Shown here: positions 49,120 through 59,072 of the stretch, piece by piece
Layout: every line of letters begins with the position of its first letter
Position numbering within the stretch: the first letter of the stretch is position 1
DNA from: Chloroflexota bacterium
Lineage (GTDB): Bacteria > Chloroflexota > UBA11872 > VXOZ01
Assembly (NCBI GenBank): GCA_963663275.1
Contig: OY760183.1
Coordinates: forward strand, 2,208,001 to 2,272,000
DNA: 64,000 nt
Reading direction: 5' to 3'
Position numbers and translations under genes: made by a program
Notes under the pieces: generated by a model
Database searches by the model: none
What the model was told of the DNA's origin: nothing
What the model saw: only the letters and a program-made list of their open reading frames with translations

Positions 49120-49267
49120 TGGCAAAGTGGCTCCCTCGATTGCGCTCGATGCGTCATGCCGATAGGGGTAGTATAGGGCAGTCGGATTGTCTTGCAAGTG
49201 AATGCGGCCAGCCGAAAGATCTTCTCTTGGTCAGGCATGGACGTACCGCGAGGCGCGCCAACGCCGC

Positions 49268-50296
49268 TTACCGCTCGAGCGGCAGAATCCACGGGCCCAT
49301 CAACCGCTCGATGCGCGCCAGGTCTCTTGTTCTCTGCCGCTGGATTGCGCGCCGTTTGCGCAGCATGGCGGGAATGAGAAGGAGACTGGCAAGCTGTCCG
49401 CGCAAGCGCGCCCGCGCGGCCGCGCCCCGAAAGCTGCGCGCGGCCTCGAGCGCGATCGCCAACTGCCGCGTGACGATGCGCCGCCAGTGCCGCCGCCACA
49501 GCGGGCCGGGAATGTTCTTGACGGCAACCGCGATGGTGTTGCGACCGCTATAGTAGCTCGCCAGCGGCCCGCCGCCGGTGGCGGAAACGTGGTGATAGAC
49601 GCGGGCTTCCGGCACGTAGAGGCAGTGGTAGCCCCGCAGGTTGGCGCGCCAATTCAGGTCAACGTCCTCGCAATAGGAGACGAGGTCTTCATCGAAGAAG
49701 CCGATAGTCTCCAGCAGGTTGCGGCGATAGGCGCAGGCGGCGCCCTGCGCGCCAAATACCCAGCCGGGCGCGCTGAAGGCGGGCCCGTCCTCTTCCCAGA
49801 CGCCGCGGTTTCCCGGCATACCGTCGGCGCCGCAGTAGTCGCCGGCCGAGTGCAGGCGTCCTCGATCCTGGAGCAGGAGGATCTTGCAGGCAAAGGAGGC
49901 GGCCTCCGGATAGCGATTGGCCGCGCTCGCAAGCTCCGCCAGCCACGTTGGCGCGGTTTCGGTATCGTTGTTGAGCAGCACGATCAGGCCGCCTCTGGCG
50001 GCGTCGTAGGCCGCGTGCACGCCGCGCGCGAAGCCAACATTGCGCTTGAGGGCGACGACGCGCACCCACGCAAACTCCTCTCGCAGCATGTCGAGCGTGC
50101 CGTCGCGCGAGCCGTTTTCCGCCACCACCACTTCGAAATCGCGAAACGTCTGCCGCGCCAGGGAGTCCAGGCAGGCGCGCAGCAATTCCCTGCCGTTCCA
50201 GGTGGGAATGAGCACACTGGCGGCAACTGCGCCGGCGCCGGGGCGGGCTGGCGGGCCGGTATCCGGCGAGGCGCTTGTCTTGTTGGGCGCTTGCAT
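49268..50296 (-). CDS. glycosyltransferase family 2
   Basis: 'IPTWNG', 'ENGSRDG', 'LLNNDT', 'YCEDVDL.WR'. Confidence 0.9.
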   Translation of the reverse strand: MQAPNKTSASPDTGPPARPGAGAVAASVLIPTWNGRELLRACLDSLARQTFRDFEVVVAENGSRDGTLDMLREEFAWVRVVALKRNVGFARGVHAAYDAARGGLIVLLNNDTETAPTWLAELASAANRYPEAASFACKILLLQDRGRLHSAGDYCGADGMPGNRGVWEEDGPAFSAPGWVFGAQGAACAYRRNLLETIGFFDEDLVSYCEDVDLNWRANLRGYHCLYVPEARVYHHVSATGGGPLASYYSGRNTIAVAVKNIPGPLWRRHWRRIVTRQLAIALEAARSFRGAAARARLRGQLASLLLIPAMLRKRRAIQRQRTRDLARIERLMGPWILPLER

Positions 50297-50454
50297 ATAT
50301 AATCGGAGCGTTTGTCTATGGCGAATCGAATTGCAGGAAGGGCGGATTGCACGAACTCGTGCTGCTCATTGCGCCCCTGGGTAGGCGGCGTGAGGGAAAA
50401 TGCCGGAATTTTGCCCTTTTCACCGTGTAGAGGTAGTGAAGTCGCAGACGCTTG

Positions 50455-50463
50455 TGTTATAGT
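50455..50463 (+). promoter_or_regulatory. extended -10 promoter element TG-T-TATAGT
   Basis: About 200 nt upstream of the TPR gene in a divergent intergenic region. Confidence 0.45.
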
Positions 50464-50661
50464 AGAAGCGTGCGTTGGCTGTGAACTATCCCCTGGTTCA
50501 CGTCAAGTATAGCACTGCTGCCGGTGTTTCATGCTTCCACAGCCCTTCCTTCGTAGGAGCAGTACGCCCGCAGTCAAGACTTCTCATTACTTGCCGCACG
50601 TTGCCGCGCCCTTGTTTGTCTTTGCGCGGCGGTGCATCCCTTCCATGAGAGGCGAAGAGAT

Positions 50662-51474
50662 ATGGCACAGATCATTGGCGCTGAACGCAGCCGCTTCAAA
50701 CGCTACTGGGAGCAGCAGGCTATCCAGTGCGCGGCGCATCACCGCTGGGCCGAGGCCGAGAAGATCAATCGCTCGATCGTAAAGCTCGACCCGCGGGACG
50801 TTGACGCGCACAATCGCCTTGGCAAGGCGCTCTGGGAGTTGGGCTTGCTGCAAGAGGCCCAGGAAAACTACCGCCGCGCGCTGGAACTCGACCCGTTCAA
50901 CGCGATTGCCAAGCGCAACCTCGCGCGGCTCGAGTCCTGGTTGGAAGCGCCGGTGGACGTTGACGCCGCCAACGACGTGCAGCACGTTCCGGCGGACATC
51001 TTCATTGCCGAGCCCGGCAAGACGAAGATCGTCAAGGCGCTGCCCGTGCCGGGCACGCGCAGCCAGGCGCTGCCGTTGGCCGGCGACCCGCTGCAATTGC
51101 AACAGCGCGGCGGCGTTATGCGCGTGCTGAGCCGCAGCGGTCAAGCCTTGGGGCAACTGACCGCTTCGCTATCGCAACGTCTGATCTACTTGATGGACTC
51201 CGGCAATCGCTACGCCGCCGCGGTGGTGGGCATTCAGGGCCGGGACCTCTACGTTGTCATCAAAGAAACCTTCCAGCATCCCAGCCAGGCGGGCCAGCAC
51301 TCGTTCCCCGGCCAGAGCGGCAGCCAGTTGGATAGCGAGGAGTATTGGCAGGAGGTCACGCAGGCCGCTGAGGGCGAGCCCGCCGAAGAAACCGGCGACG
51401 CCTATGCGTGGGCCGATCTGGAAGGTGAAGAGATCGACCAGGAGGGCGTGATGGCGATGGAAGACGACTTCTAG
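50662..51474 (+). CDS. tetratricopeptide repeat protein with acidic C-terminal tail
   Basis: TPR 'AHNRLGKALWELG..QEA.ENYRRALELDP.N.IA'. Confidence 0.8.
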   Translation: MAQIIGAERSRFKRYWEQQAIQCAAHHRWAEAEKINRSIVKLDPRDVDAHNRLGKALWELGLLQEAQENYRRALELDPFNAIAKRNLARLESWLEAPVDVDAANDVQHVPADIFIAEPGKTKIVKALPVPGTRSQALPLAGDPLQLQQRGGVMRVLSRSGQALGQLTASLSQRLIYLMDSGNRYAAAVVGIQGRDLYVVIKETFQHPSQAGQHSFPGQSGSQLDSEEYWQEVTQAAEGEPAEETGDAYAWADLEGEEIDQEGVMAMEDDF

Positions 51475-51515
51475 CGGATCGAGCGCAGATTGATGCGGTG
51501 GTCTAGGTTAACGCG

Positions 51516-53339
51516 ATGATGAAAGCGGGTCGGGTGGGGAGAGCGCTGGCTCTCTGCGTGTTGCTGACCGCATTCGGCCTCGGCTGCGGCGAAACGCCGC
51601 CGGACGCAACCTCGTCCGCCGCGCCAGCGGCGGAGCAAAGCCGAGCCGACGACCGCATCGAGCACATCTCTCGTGACGCCATTCTCATAATCCGCCGTCT
51701 CAACGTCAACAACCTGGCGTACCTGCAAGACTCCTTGCCCACCCGGAAGTACCGGCGGGCGCTCGAATTTCTCATCCCTGAGATTCAGCACCTGGCGCAG
51801 CAGGTGGTAGACGTCAATGCCGCTCAAACCGTGCCCGGAGCGGCCGGGCTGCTGGCGGCAGTCGATCCTCTGGCGCGAGCCGCCGGCGAATTTCGCCGCT
51901 ACCTCGACACCAACCAGCAAGATGCCCTGGCCGCGGCATACTCCCAGCTTAGCCTCGCGGAAACCGAGTTCGATTCTTTCCTCGCCAATACCGCTCTGAC
52001 GGACGGCCCCGCGCTGCGCGAACTCTTCTTCCAGGCCGGGCGGCTGCAAATCGCGGCCGAGCCAATCGCCGTCTCGCGCGTTGCCCTGGGACCGTTTGCC
52101 AGTGTTGAAGAAGCCCAGCGCGTGCAAGAAGAGGCGGCCGCGTATCGCGCCGCGCTCAGCCGGGACAACCCGCCGCTGGTTCTACTGGGACCCTTCATCT
52201 CTGCCGCCGAGGCGAGAGCGGTGGCGGCGCAATGGCGTGAGCGCAACATCGAGGCCGCCATCCGTGAGGATACGGTCTACGACTTTCGCGTCACAGAAGT
52301 GTCGCCTATTCTGGGCCGCACCTGGTTGGAACCGGTCTGGGCGCGCGTCTTGGAGCAGCCGGCCCACGTCATCGCGTTGTCGCCGGAAGGCGGCGCCGTG
52401 CTCGGCAGCGACACCAGCGGCGTGATCCAACGCTGGACCGGAGAGGGGGAGCGCGAGTGGCTCCGCAGCCTCTCTCTGCCGACGTACGACCTTGCGGTAG
52501 CGCGAGCCGGCGAGGCGATCTTCGCCGTGGGCATTGGCGCGCAGGCGCTCGCTCAGGACGGCACCCCACGTTGGAGCGAACCGCTGGCTGAACATGCGGT
52601 AATTCTTGAGAACGCCGCCATTAGCAGCGACGGTCGGACGATGGTCGCCTCCACTTCGAACGCGGAGGGGTTGGGCCGGGCCTTTGGATTCGATGTATCC
52701 AAGCTGGTCTGGTTTACGTCGCTTGAATACCAGGCCTTGCCGGGCCTCAACAGTTTTCATCTCTCGCCGGACGGCGATCGGGTTGCGTTGGGAGGGATTG
52801 GCGAGGGCCGCTTTCAGGTGATGGTGGTCAACGAACGCGGCGAGAAGATGATGGGCTCGGACTTCAGCGAGCCCGTGGTTGACGTTGCGCTCGCCGGCCT
52901 CAACCGCAAGGTAGTCGCCCTTACCGAACGGCACGTCAGCCTCTTCGACATTGAAAGCCAGGAACTTGAGTGGCATACGCCCGCCCGCGGCCGCGCCCTG
53001 GCGGTATCCCAACCCGGCGACATCATCTACGTCGGCGGCGTGCACGGCATCGCGGCGTACTATCAGGACGGTTGTCAACTGTGGGTGCAGGATGCCATGC
53101 CGGTATCGCAGATCGTAGCCAATCGAGACTACCTGGTCGGCCTCTCGGAGAATATCCGGCTGGTCGTGCTCCGCTTCGACGGCAGCATCCTGGGTACGGT
53201 AAGCCCGCTGGCGCCAATTCGCGACTTTGCCGTGGCAACCGAGGGCAACCTGCTGGTGGCGCTCGATGAAGAGAGCGGCCTGACCGCCTGGCGCCTGCCG
53301 CCGCCCGACATCGTCGAGACGCCTTATCCGTGCGGTTAG
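51516..53339 (+). CDS. lipoprotein with SPOR-like domain and C-terminal PQQ/WD40-like beta-propeller
   Basis: Lipobox 'GLGC'; two 'LGPF.S..EA' SPOR half-repeats; propeller blades such as 'ALSPEG', 'ISSDG', 'LSPDG'. Confidence 0.65.
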   Translation: MMKAGRVGRALALCVLLTAFGLGCGETPPDATSSAAPAAEQSRADDRIEHISRDAILIIRRLNVNNLAYLQDSLPTRKYRRALEFLIPEIQHLAQQVVDVNAAQTVPGAAGLLAAVDPLARAAGEFRRYLDTNQQDALAAAYSQLSLAETEFDSFLANTALTDGPALRELFFQAGRLQIAAEPIAVSRVALGPFASVEEAQRVQEEAAAYRAALSRDNPPLVLLGPFISAAEARAVAAQWRERNIEAAIREDTVYDFRVTEVSPILGRTWLEPVWARVLEQPAHVIALSPEGGAVLGSDTSGVIQRWTGEGEREWLRSLSLPTYDLAVARAGEAIFAVGIGAQALAQDGTPRWSEPLAEHAVILENAAISSDGRTMVASTSNAEGLGRAFGFDVSKLVWFTSLEYQALPGLNSFHLSPDGDRVALGGIGEGRFQVMVVNERGEKMMGSDFSEPVVDVALAGLNRKVVALTERHVSLFDIESQELEWHTPARGRALAVSQPGDIIYVGGVHGIAAYYQDGCQLWVQDAMPVSQIVANRDYLVGLSENIRLVVLRFDGSILGTVSPLAPIRDFAVATEGNLLVALDEESGLTAWRLPPPDIVETPYPCG

Positions 53340-53379
53340 GATTGGCGCTCCGCGCCTGCCCGCCGCCGCCGCAGTCCGT

Positions 53380-54126
53380 TCAGCCCGGCGTCCGGTAGCG
53401 CGCCGCGATGAACAGGCCCTCTATCTTCTCAACCGTCAGGTTCTCCGCGAATGGCTCCAGCACGCTCGTGAGGCCGTCCACGCCGTAGTAGACCTTGAGG
53501 GCGGGATGCAGCGAACCGTCGCGCAGGGGGCGCTGCTGGACTTCGGTCTCCACGCCGTCCAGCGACGGCAGGCTGGAGTCGATGATAAGCACCTCCTCGC
53601 CGGGGCGCACCGTCTGACCCACCGCGGCCAGCAGCGGGCCGACGTCTTCATGGGGCACGTGGCTGAAGAAGAAACCCATGAGGCAGCCGTCCACAGCCCT
53701 TTCCGCGAACGGAAGCGCATAGGCGCTGGCGCGCACCAGCGCCGCGTCCACGTCGTTACGCGCCAGCCGCTCGCGGCACTGGGCCAACATGCGCGGGCCG
53801 TAATCGAAGGCGACTACCTCCCGGCCCGCCTGCGCGAGCAGCGACGTCCACCAGCCGATGCCGCAGGCAACTTCCAGGATTGGTCCCGCGCGGCGTTCGC
53901 CAAACGCGGCAACCTCCTCTTCAAGGCGGCGCAAGCCATCCAGAAACGGCGCGTTCGTTTCCGGCCGGTCGTAGAGCCCGGTGCGCAGGAACCAGTCCAC
54001 GTACTCGCTGGCGCGCTCGTCGTAGTAGACCTGCATCGACTGCTTGAGGGTTTCGTCGTCGAGGTCTTGTTCCCAGGCTGGATAGTCGAAGCCTGTGCTC
54101 TTTCCTGTTTCTGGCTGTTCAGACAT
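53380..54126 (-). CDS. class I SAM-dependent methyltransferase
   Basis: 'YYDERASEY', 'LEVACGIGWWT', 'FFSHVP'. Confidence 0.85.
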   Translation of the reverse strand: MSEQPETGKSTGFDYPAWEQDLDDETLKQSMQVYYDERASEYVDWFLRTGLYDRPETNAPFLDGLRRLEEEVAAFGERRAGPILEVACGIGWWTSLLAQAGREVVAFDYGPRMLAQCRERLARNDVDAALVRASAYALPFAERAVDGCLMGFFFSHVPHEDVGPLLAAVGQTVRPGEEVLIIDSSLPSLDGVETEVQQRPLRDGSLHPALKVYYGVDGLTSVLEPFAENLTVEKIEGLFIAARYRTPG

Positions 54127-54820
54127 GGGGCAGTGGATTTTCGGCTAGTTCGGTTTCCGCTTCGGAGAGGTCCTTGGCCGTGTCGATCGCCCGCCAATAC
54201 GCGGTGGACTTATGCGCGCCCAGCGTGCCTTCACGGGCAAGCCGCGGAAACGTGCTGCGTTCGTGATCGCCTCGATCCGGCAGGAGCGCGCGAACACTCG
54301 GCGAGAGGGCGTAGATGCCGGCGCTCAGCCAGTAGGGCAGCAGCGGCTTTTCGCGGAAGGCCGTCACCTTGCGCGCATCATTCGACTCGACAATGCCGTA
54401 CGGACTCTGCAACTGGGTAAGCGCGATGGTGGCGAGATTCTCGTCCGCTCGATGGGCGTCCACCATGGGCGCGATGTCCACGCCGGTGAGCGTGTCGCCG
54501 TTCGCGGCGAGAATGAGAGGCTCTGCCGGATCCGCGTAACCCAGGGCGAGTTTCAGGCCGCCGCCGGTGCCGAGCTTTTCACGCTCGATCGCGTAGGCGA
54601 TGGAGACGCCGTAGCGCGCGCCGTCGCCGAACCAGTCCTGGATGACGTCGTGCCGGTAGCCGCAGGAAATGATGAAGCGGTCTACGCCGCTGGCGCGCAG
54701 CCAGGCAAGCTGGTACGCCAGAATCGGCGCGCCCGCTACCTGCACCATCGTCTTTGGGCGGTCCAGTGTGAACGGCCGCAGCCGCTCCCCTAGTCCCCCG
54801 GCGAGAATGATCGCCTGCAT
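54119..54820 (-). CDS. nucleotidyltransferase (NDP-sugar pyrophosphorylase family)
   Basis: 'AIILAGGLGERLRPFT..RPK', 'LGTGG', 'NGD', 'WRAIDT'. Confidence 0.9.
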   Translation of the reverse strand: MQAIILAGGLGERLRPFTLDRPKTMVQVAGAPILAYQLAWLRASGVDRFIISCGYRHDVIQDWFGDGARYGVSIAYAIEREKLGTGGGLKLALGYADPAEPLILAANGDTLTGVDIAPMVDAHRADENLATIALTQLQSPYGIVESNDARKVTAFREKPLLPYWLSAGIYALSPSVRALLPDRGDHERSTFPRLAREGTLGAHKSTAYWRAIDTAKDLSEAETELAENPLPHV

Positions 54821-54963
54821 ACGTGTCCTTTGCGCTCTCTGCATCTATGCCCGATTGCCGGTACCAATTGTATAGTTAACCGGCGCGGCGGGCAAAAGGC
54901 GGCCTCTGGCCGAAAAAGCCATCTTCCCACTCTAGGCCGGACAACTCAACCTTCGCCTGGAGC

Positions 54964-55422
54964 CTACGGCGAGAAGAGAGAGGTGCGTATCGAAAAGCCG
55001 GTGAACATACCCGGGCGCGTGACGTGTACCGTGATCTGGCGTTGGTCGCGGTCGGTGTACTCAACGTCGGCCGTGATGATGTACTCGTAGGTTGGCGACA
55101 CGGTGAAGGCGTCCAGCCACAGGGGTTCGTTGGCGCGGATGCGCACCCGGGTGACCGTGTAGCGCCGGATGGGGTAGTAGCGCACGTAGGTGGGCAGGGT
55201 ATTCCGCGTTTCGACGATCTCGATGTCCTGTTTGGGCAGGCCCTCGGCCTGGACCAGGATCGCATCCAGGATGTCCTGCGGCCGCTTGGTGACGACGGCG
55301 GTGTTGCGTTCGTCGATGCGCGGATCGTAGACGTGGTTGCGCGGCGCGGTCATGATCATGAGACCCAGGCCGATTATGCCCGAGACCGCGAGGACGAAGA
55401 GCCACGTGAGTTTCTGCTTCAT
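54964..55422 (-). CDS. hypothetical membrane-anchored protein
   Basis: About 152 aa with one N-terminal hydrophobic helix. Confidence 0.55.
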   Translation of the reverse strand: MKQKLTWLFVLAVSGIIGLGLMIMTAPRNHVYDPRIDERNTAVVTKRPQDILDAILVQAEGLPKQDIEIVETRNTLPTYVRYYPIRRYTVTRVRIRANEPLWLDAFTVSPTYEYIITADVEYTDRDQRQITVHVTRPGMFTGFSIRTSLFSP

Positions 55423-55628
55423 TGTGCGTTGTGCCTTGCGACTGATTTGCTCGACGGCTCGCCGGCCGCGCCGCCCGCGACGCTTGCAACTCGGCCTCGG
55501 CGGGCGCGCATTCTGGCGAACCACGTACCCACAGTATATAATGCGAGGGAGGAATAGCAATCGCGCGGCTGGCGCGGACGGCGCGGAACGCGCGCAATCG
55601 GTAAGAATTCGACTGAACAGGAGAACAC

Positions 55629-56711
55629 TTGGTGGCGTATACAATTACCCTCATTCCGGGCGACGGCGTTGGTCCAGAAATCACGGAAGCGACCTGCCGC
55701 GTGGTGGAGGCCCTGGGCCTCGACATAACGTGGGACGTCCAAGAGGCCGGCCTGCACGTCTTCGAGCAGACCGGCGAACTGCTGCCGCAGTCGGTGATCG
55801 ACTCCTTGCGCCGGAACAAGGTGGGCATCAAGGGGCCGATTACGACACCGGTGGGCACCGGTTTTCGCAGCCTCAACGTCACCTTGCGCAAGGAATTGAA
55901 GTGCTACGCCAATCTGCGGCCCTGCAAGAGCTATGCCGGTGTGCAGTCGCGTTTCGATGACATCGACATCGTGGTGGTGCGCGAAAACCTGGAGGACCTC
56001 TACGCCGGCATCGAGTTCGAGGAAGGCGCGGGCAACGCCCTGGAGCTTATCCACTTCATCCGCGCCAATCACGGCAGCAGCATTCCCATGGACTCCGGCA
56101 TCACGATCAAGCCGATCTCCGTAGAGGGTTCGCGCCGCATCGTCAAGTTCGCCTTCGAGTACGCGCGGGCGAATGGACGCAAAACCGTGACGGCGATCCA
56201 CAAGGCCAATATCCAGAAGCACTCGGACGGCCTCTTCCTGCGGGTGGCCCGCGAGGTCGCGGAAGACTATCCTGAAATCGAATTCTGGGACATGATCGTG
56301 GACGCGACCTGTATGCAACTCGTGCGCAGGCCGGAACAGTTCGACGTGATGGTCATGCCCAATCTGTACGGCGACATCTTGTCCGACCTCAGCGCCGGTC
56401 TGGTGGGCGGCCTGGGCGTGGCGCCGGGCGCGAATATCGGCGACCAGATGGCGCTTTTCGAGCCAATTCACGGCAGCGCGCCCAAGTACACGGGCCAGAA
56501 CAAGGTGAACCCCATGGCCCAGATGTTCTCCGCCGTGATGATGCTGCGCCACCTTGGCGAACGCGAGGCCGCGAACCGGATGGAAGGGGCGCTGGCGGAC
56601 GTGATCGCCGAGGGCAAGCACGTGACGTACGACATGAAGCCTGACCGCAACGACCCGACCGCGGCCGGCACGTCGGAAGTGGCCGACGCCCTCATCGAGC
56701 GGTTGCGCTAG
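55629..56711 (+). CDS. icd: isocitrate dehydrogenase (isocitrate/isopropylmalate dehydrogenase family)
   Basis: 'GDGVGPEI', IDH-type 'SLNVTLRK', 'NLYGDILSD', 'HGSAPK'. Confidence 0.85.
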   Translation: MVAYTITLIPGDGVGPEITEATCRVVEALGLDITWDVQEAGLHVFEQTGELLPQSVIDSLRRNKVGIKGPITTPVGTGFRSLNVTLRKELKCYANLRPCKSYAGVQSRFDDIDIVVVRENLEDLYAGIEFEEGAGNALELIHFIRANHGSSIPMDSGITIKPISVEGSRRIVKFAFEYARANGRKTVTAIHKANIQKHSDGLFLRVAREVAEDYPEIEFWDMIVDATCMQLVRRPEQFDVMVMPNLYGDILSDLSAGLVGGLGVAPGANIGDQMALFEPIHGSAPKYTGQNKVNPMAQMFSAVMMLRHLGEREAANRMEGALADVIAEGKHVTYDMKPDRNDPTAAGTSEVADALIERLR

Positions 56712-56971
56712 CGCTGTCGCTTGCCGCGACCGCCCCGAAGACGCGGATGGCTGCGCCGGGCAAGGCGTAACGACGGGCAACGAGCACGTGAGTGCGGGCC
56801 TGCTAGGTTGCCGCCAGTTGTGGGGATTGACTACGGCGCGATGGGATGGCATGGAGCTTTGGGTAAGCCGTTGCGGCGCGCATAGCCATGGCCGCTCTTG
56901 GAATCGACTATGTGCGGGCTAAGGACCTGTTTACTGTCTGCTTGGAAGGTGTTTGCAAAGCTGATGTGAAC

Positions 56972-57058
56972 CGTTCGTGCTGAGCCTGTCGAAGCATGAA
57001 CGGTCGTTCGCCAACGTGCGGCGGTTCCAAACACCCTTCGACAGGCTCAGGGCGAACG
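56972..57058. repeat. REP-like inverted doublet (CGTTCGTGCTGAGCCTGTCGAAG ... CTTCGACAGGCTCAGGGCGAACG)
   Basis: Inverted pair; same family as 18352-18663. Confidence 0.8.
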
Positions 57059-57122
57059 TTCCTCAATGCAGACAAGACGATCTTAAATGGGTTCTAAGGA
57101 GTTGAGCAGCGTGGACGAAAGC

Positions 57123-57452
57123 ATGAAACTCGTGGTCGCCATCGTCCAGGACGAGGACGCGGGCAACCTCGTTGACAGCTTGGTGCAGGCCGGCTTTGGC
57201 GCCACGCGCATCAATACGGCGGGCGGATTCCTGCGGCACGGCAACGCCACCGTGCTCGTGGGTGTGGCGGAAGAGCAGGTGAGCGAAGTGCTCGTGGTGG
57301 TCCGGCGCAATTGCACGACGCGCATGCAGTACGTCAATCCAATGCCGCCGGCCATGGAGCCGGGCGAGTTCTATATGCCCTACCCGGTCGAGGTGCAGGT
57401 GGGCGGCGCGGTCATCTTCGTGCTGGACGTCGAGCGGTTCGAGCGATTCTAG
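57123..57452 (+). CDS. darA: cyclic-di-AMP receptor (PII-like DarA/PstA)
   Basis: 'MKLVVAIVQDED', 'TRINTAGGFLRHGNAT', 'VGGAVIFVLDVE'. Confidence 0.88.
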   Translation: MKLVVAIVQDEDAGNLVDSLVQAGFGATRINTAGGFLRHGNATVLVGVAEEQVSEVLVVVRRNCTTRMQYVNPMPPAMEPGEFYMPYPVEVQVGGAVIFVLDVERFERF

Positions 57453-57623
57453 CGAATAACTCTCCTGCTACTTTCCTTGCCGAGACATCCCGTTGAAGCT
57501 TTGCGCGATTCTGTGCGCTGCTGCACGCAACAGGCTATACACGGCGTCGACGCCGCTACCGGCGGCCAGTTACGTTGCGGTGAGGGTTTTTGAAGTCTCT
57601 GCGGCGCGTCGGATTCACGTCTA

Positions 57624-59072
57624 ATGCCACCACCTGCGGGCAACCTCTCACCACGGACGGATGATCGGAAAGTCGTTGCTTCCCGCTTGCGTCGCATCGT
57701 CGCGGCGCTGGCGGCCAGGGTGGCGGGGGCCTTCACCCGCCGTCTGCGGCGGGGCGGCGGCACGGCCCTTCCCGGTCTGGTGGCCGAGCGGGTTGCGCCG
57801 GACTTGCTTGGCTACCTCTTGAGCCAAGTGCCCGGCGGCGCCATCTTCGTTACCGGCACCAACGGCAAGACGACCACGGCCGCCCTGCTGCGCAACGCCC
57901 TCGCCGCGGACGGGCGTTCGGTTTTACATAACGCCACGGGATCAAACCTGACGCGCGGCGTCCTGAGCATGCTGCTGGAGCGCGCGAACTGGCATGGCCG
58001 GCTGCGTCTCCCGCCGGAGAGCATCGGCGTCCTGGAACTGGACGAGGCCGCCATCGTCCAGGCGCTGCGGCAACACCAGCCGTCCTGCATCGTGGTGACC
58101 AACCTGTTTCGCGATCAGCTTGACCGCTATGGCGAGGTGCAGACGATCGCCGCGGGTTTGCGGGCCGCGTTTGCCGAACTTGGCCCCGCAACGGCGCTGC
58201 TGCTCAATGGGGATGATCCGTTGGTGGCAAGCCTCGGCGAGGGCTTTGGCGGCCCGGTGCGCTACTTCGGCCTGGAAGATCCGGGCTTGACGGGCGAGGG
58301 CGTCGAGTTGGCGGCGGACTCCCACTACTGTCCGCACGACGCCTCGCCCTTGGCGTATGCGGGCGCGTACTACGGACACTTGGGCGCGTATGCCTGCACG
58401 GCGTGCGGCTGGCGGCGGCCTGAGCGTGACGCGCGCGCGGAGAACGTCGTTCTGCGCGGCTTGACTGGGGCGAAATTCACCGCCGCGCTGCCGGATGGAG
58501 ACCTGCGCCTCAACCTGCGCGTGCCGGGCCTCTATAACGTCTACAACGCGCTCGCCGCAGTGACGGCGGCGCGGCACGTGGGCGCTGCCCGGGGCGCGAT
58601 TGCCCGGGGGCTTCGCGCCACCATTCCCGCCTTTGGACGCGCCGAGCGCATCGAGGCCGGCGGGCGTCAGGCGTGGCTGCTTCTCATCAAGAATCCCGTC
58701 GGCGCGAATCAGGTGCTGCGCCTTCTGACCGCTGAAGAAGAGCCGGTGCACGTGCTGGCGCTGCTCCAGGACCGCGCGGCGGACGGGCATGACGTTTCCT
58801 GGATTTGGGACGTGGATTTCGAGCGCCTGGCGTCGGCGGCGCTCACAGCCGGCGGCCGCCGCGCGGAGGACATGGCGGTGCGCTTGAAATACGCCGGCGC
58901 GGACTCCGTTGCCGTGCTGCGCGATATAGCCAGTGCGTTCGACCACGCGCTCGCCGCCGTGCCCGCCGGCGGCACGCTCTTCATTCTGGCCACGTACACC
59001 GGCATGATTGCCATGCGCCGGGTGTGGGAAGAGCGCGGGATCGTGCGTCCTTATTGGGAGACACAGGCATGA
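57624..59072 (+). CDS. murT: lipid II isoglutaminyl synthase subunit MurT (Mur ligase plus DUF1727)
   Basis: 'GGTALPG', 'VTGTNGKTTT', 'NLFRDQLDRYGE', 'KNPVG', 'DVSWIWDVDFE'; exact start uncertain. Confidence 0.9.
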   Translation: MPPPAGNLSPRTDDRKVVASRLRRIVAALAARVAGAFTRRLRRGGGTALPGLVAERVAPDLLGYLLSQVPGGAIFVTGTNGKTTTAALLRNALAADGRSVLHNATGSNLTRGVLSMLLERANWHGRLRLPPESIGVLELDEAAIVQALRQHQPSCIVVTNLFRDQLDRYGEVQTIAAGLRAAFAELGPATALLLNGDDPLVASLGEGFGGPVRYFGLEDPGLTGEGVELAADSHYCPHDASPLAYAGAYYGHLGAYACTACGWRRPERDARAENVVLRGLTGAKFTAALPDGDLRLNLRVPGLYNVYNALAAVTAARHVGAARGAIARGLRATIPAFGRAERIEAGGRQAWLLLIKNPVGANQVLRLLTAEEEPVHVLALLQDRAADGHDVSWIWDVDFERLASAALTAGGRRAEDMAVRLKYAGADSVAVLRDIASAFDHALAAVPAGGTLFILATYTGMIAMRRVWEERGIVRPYWETQA

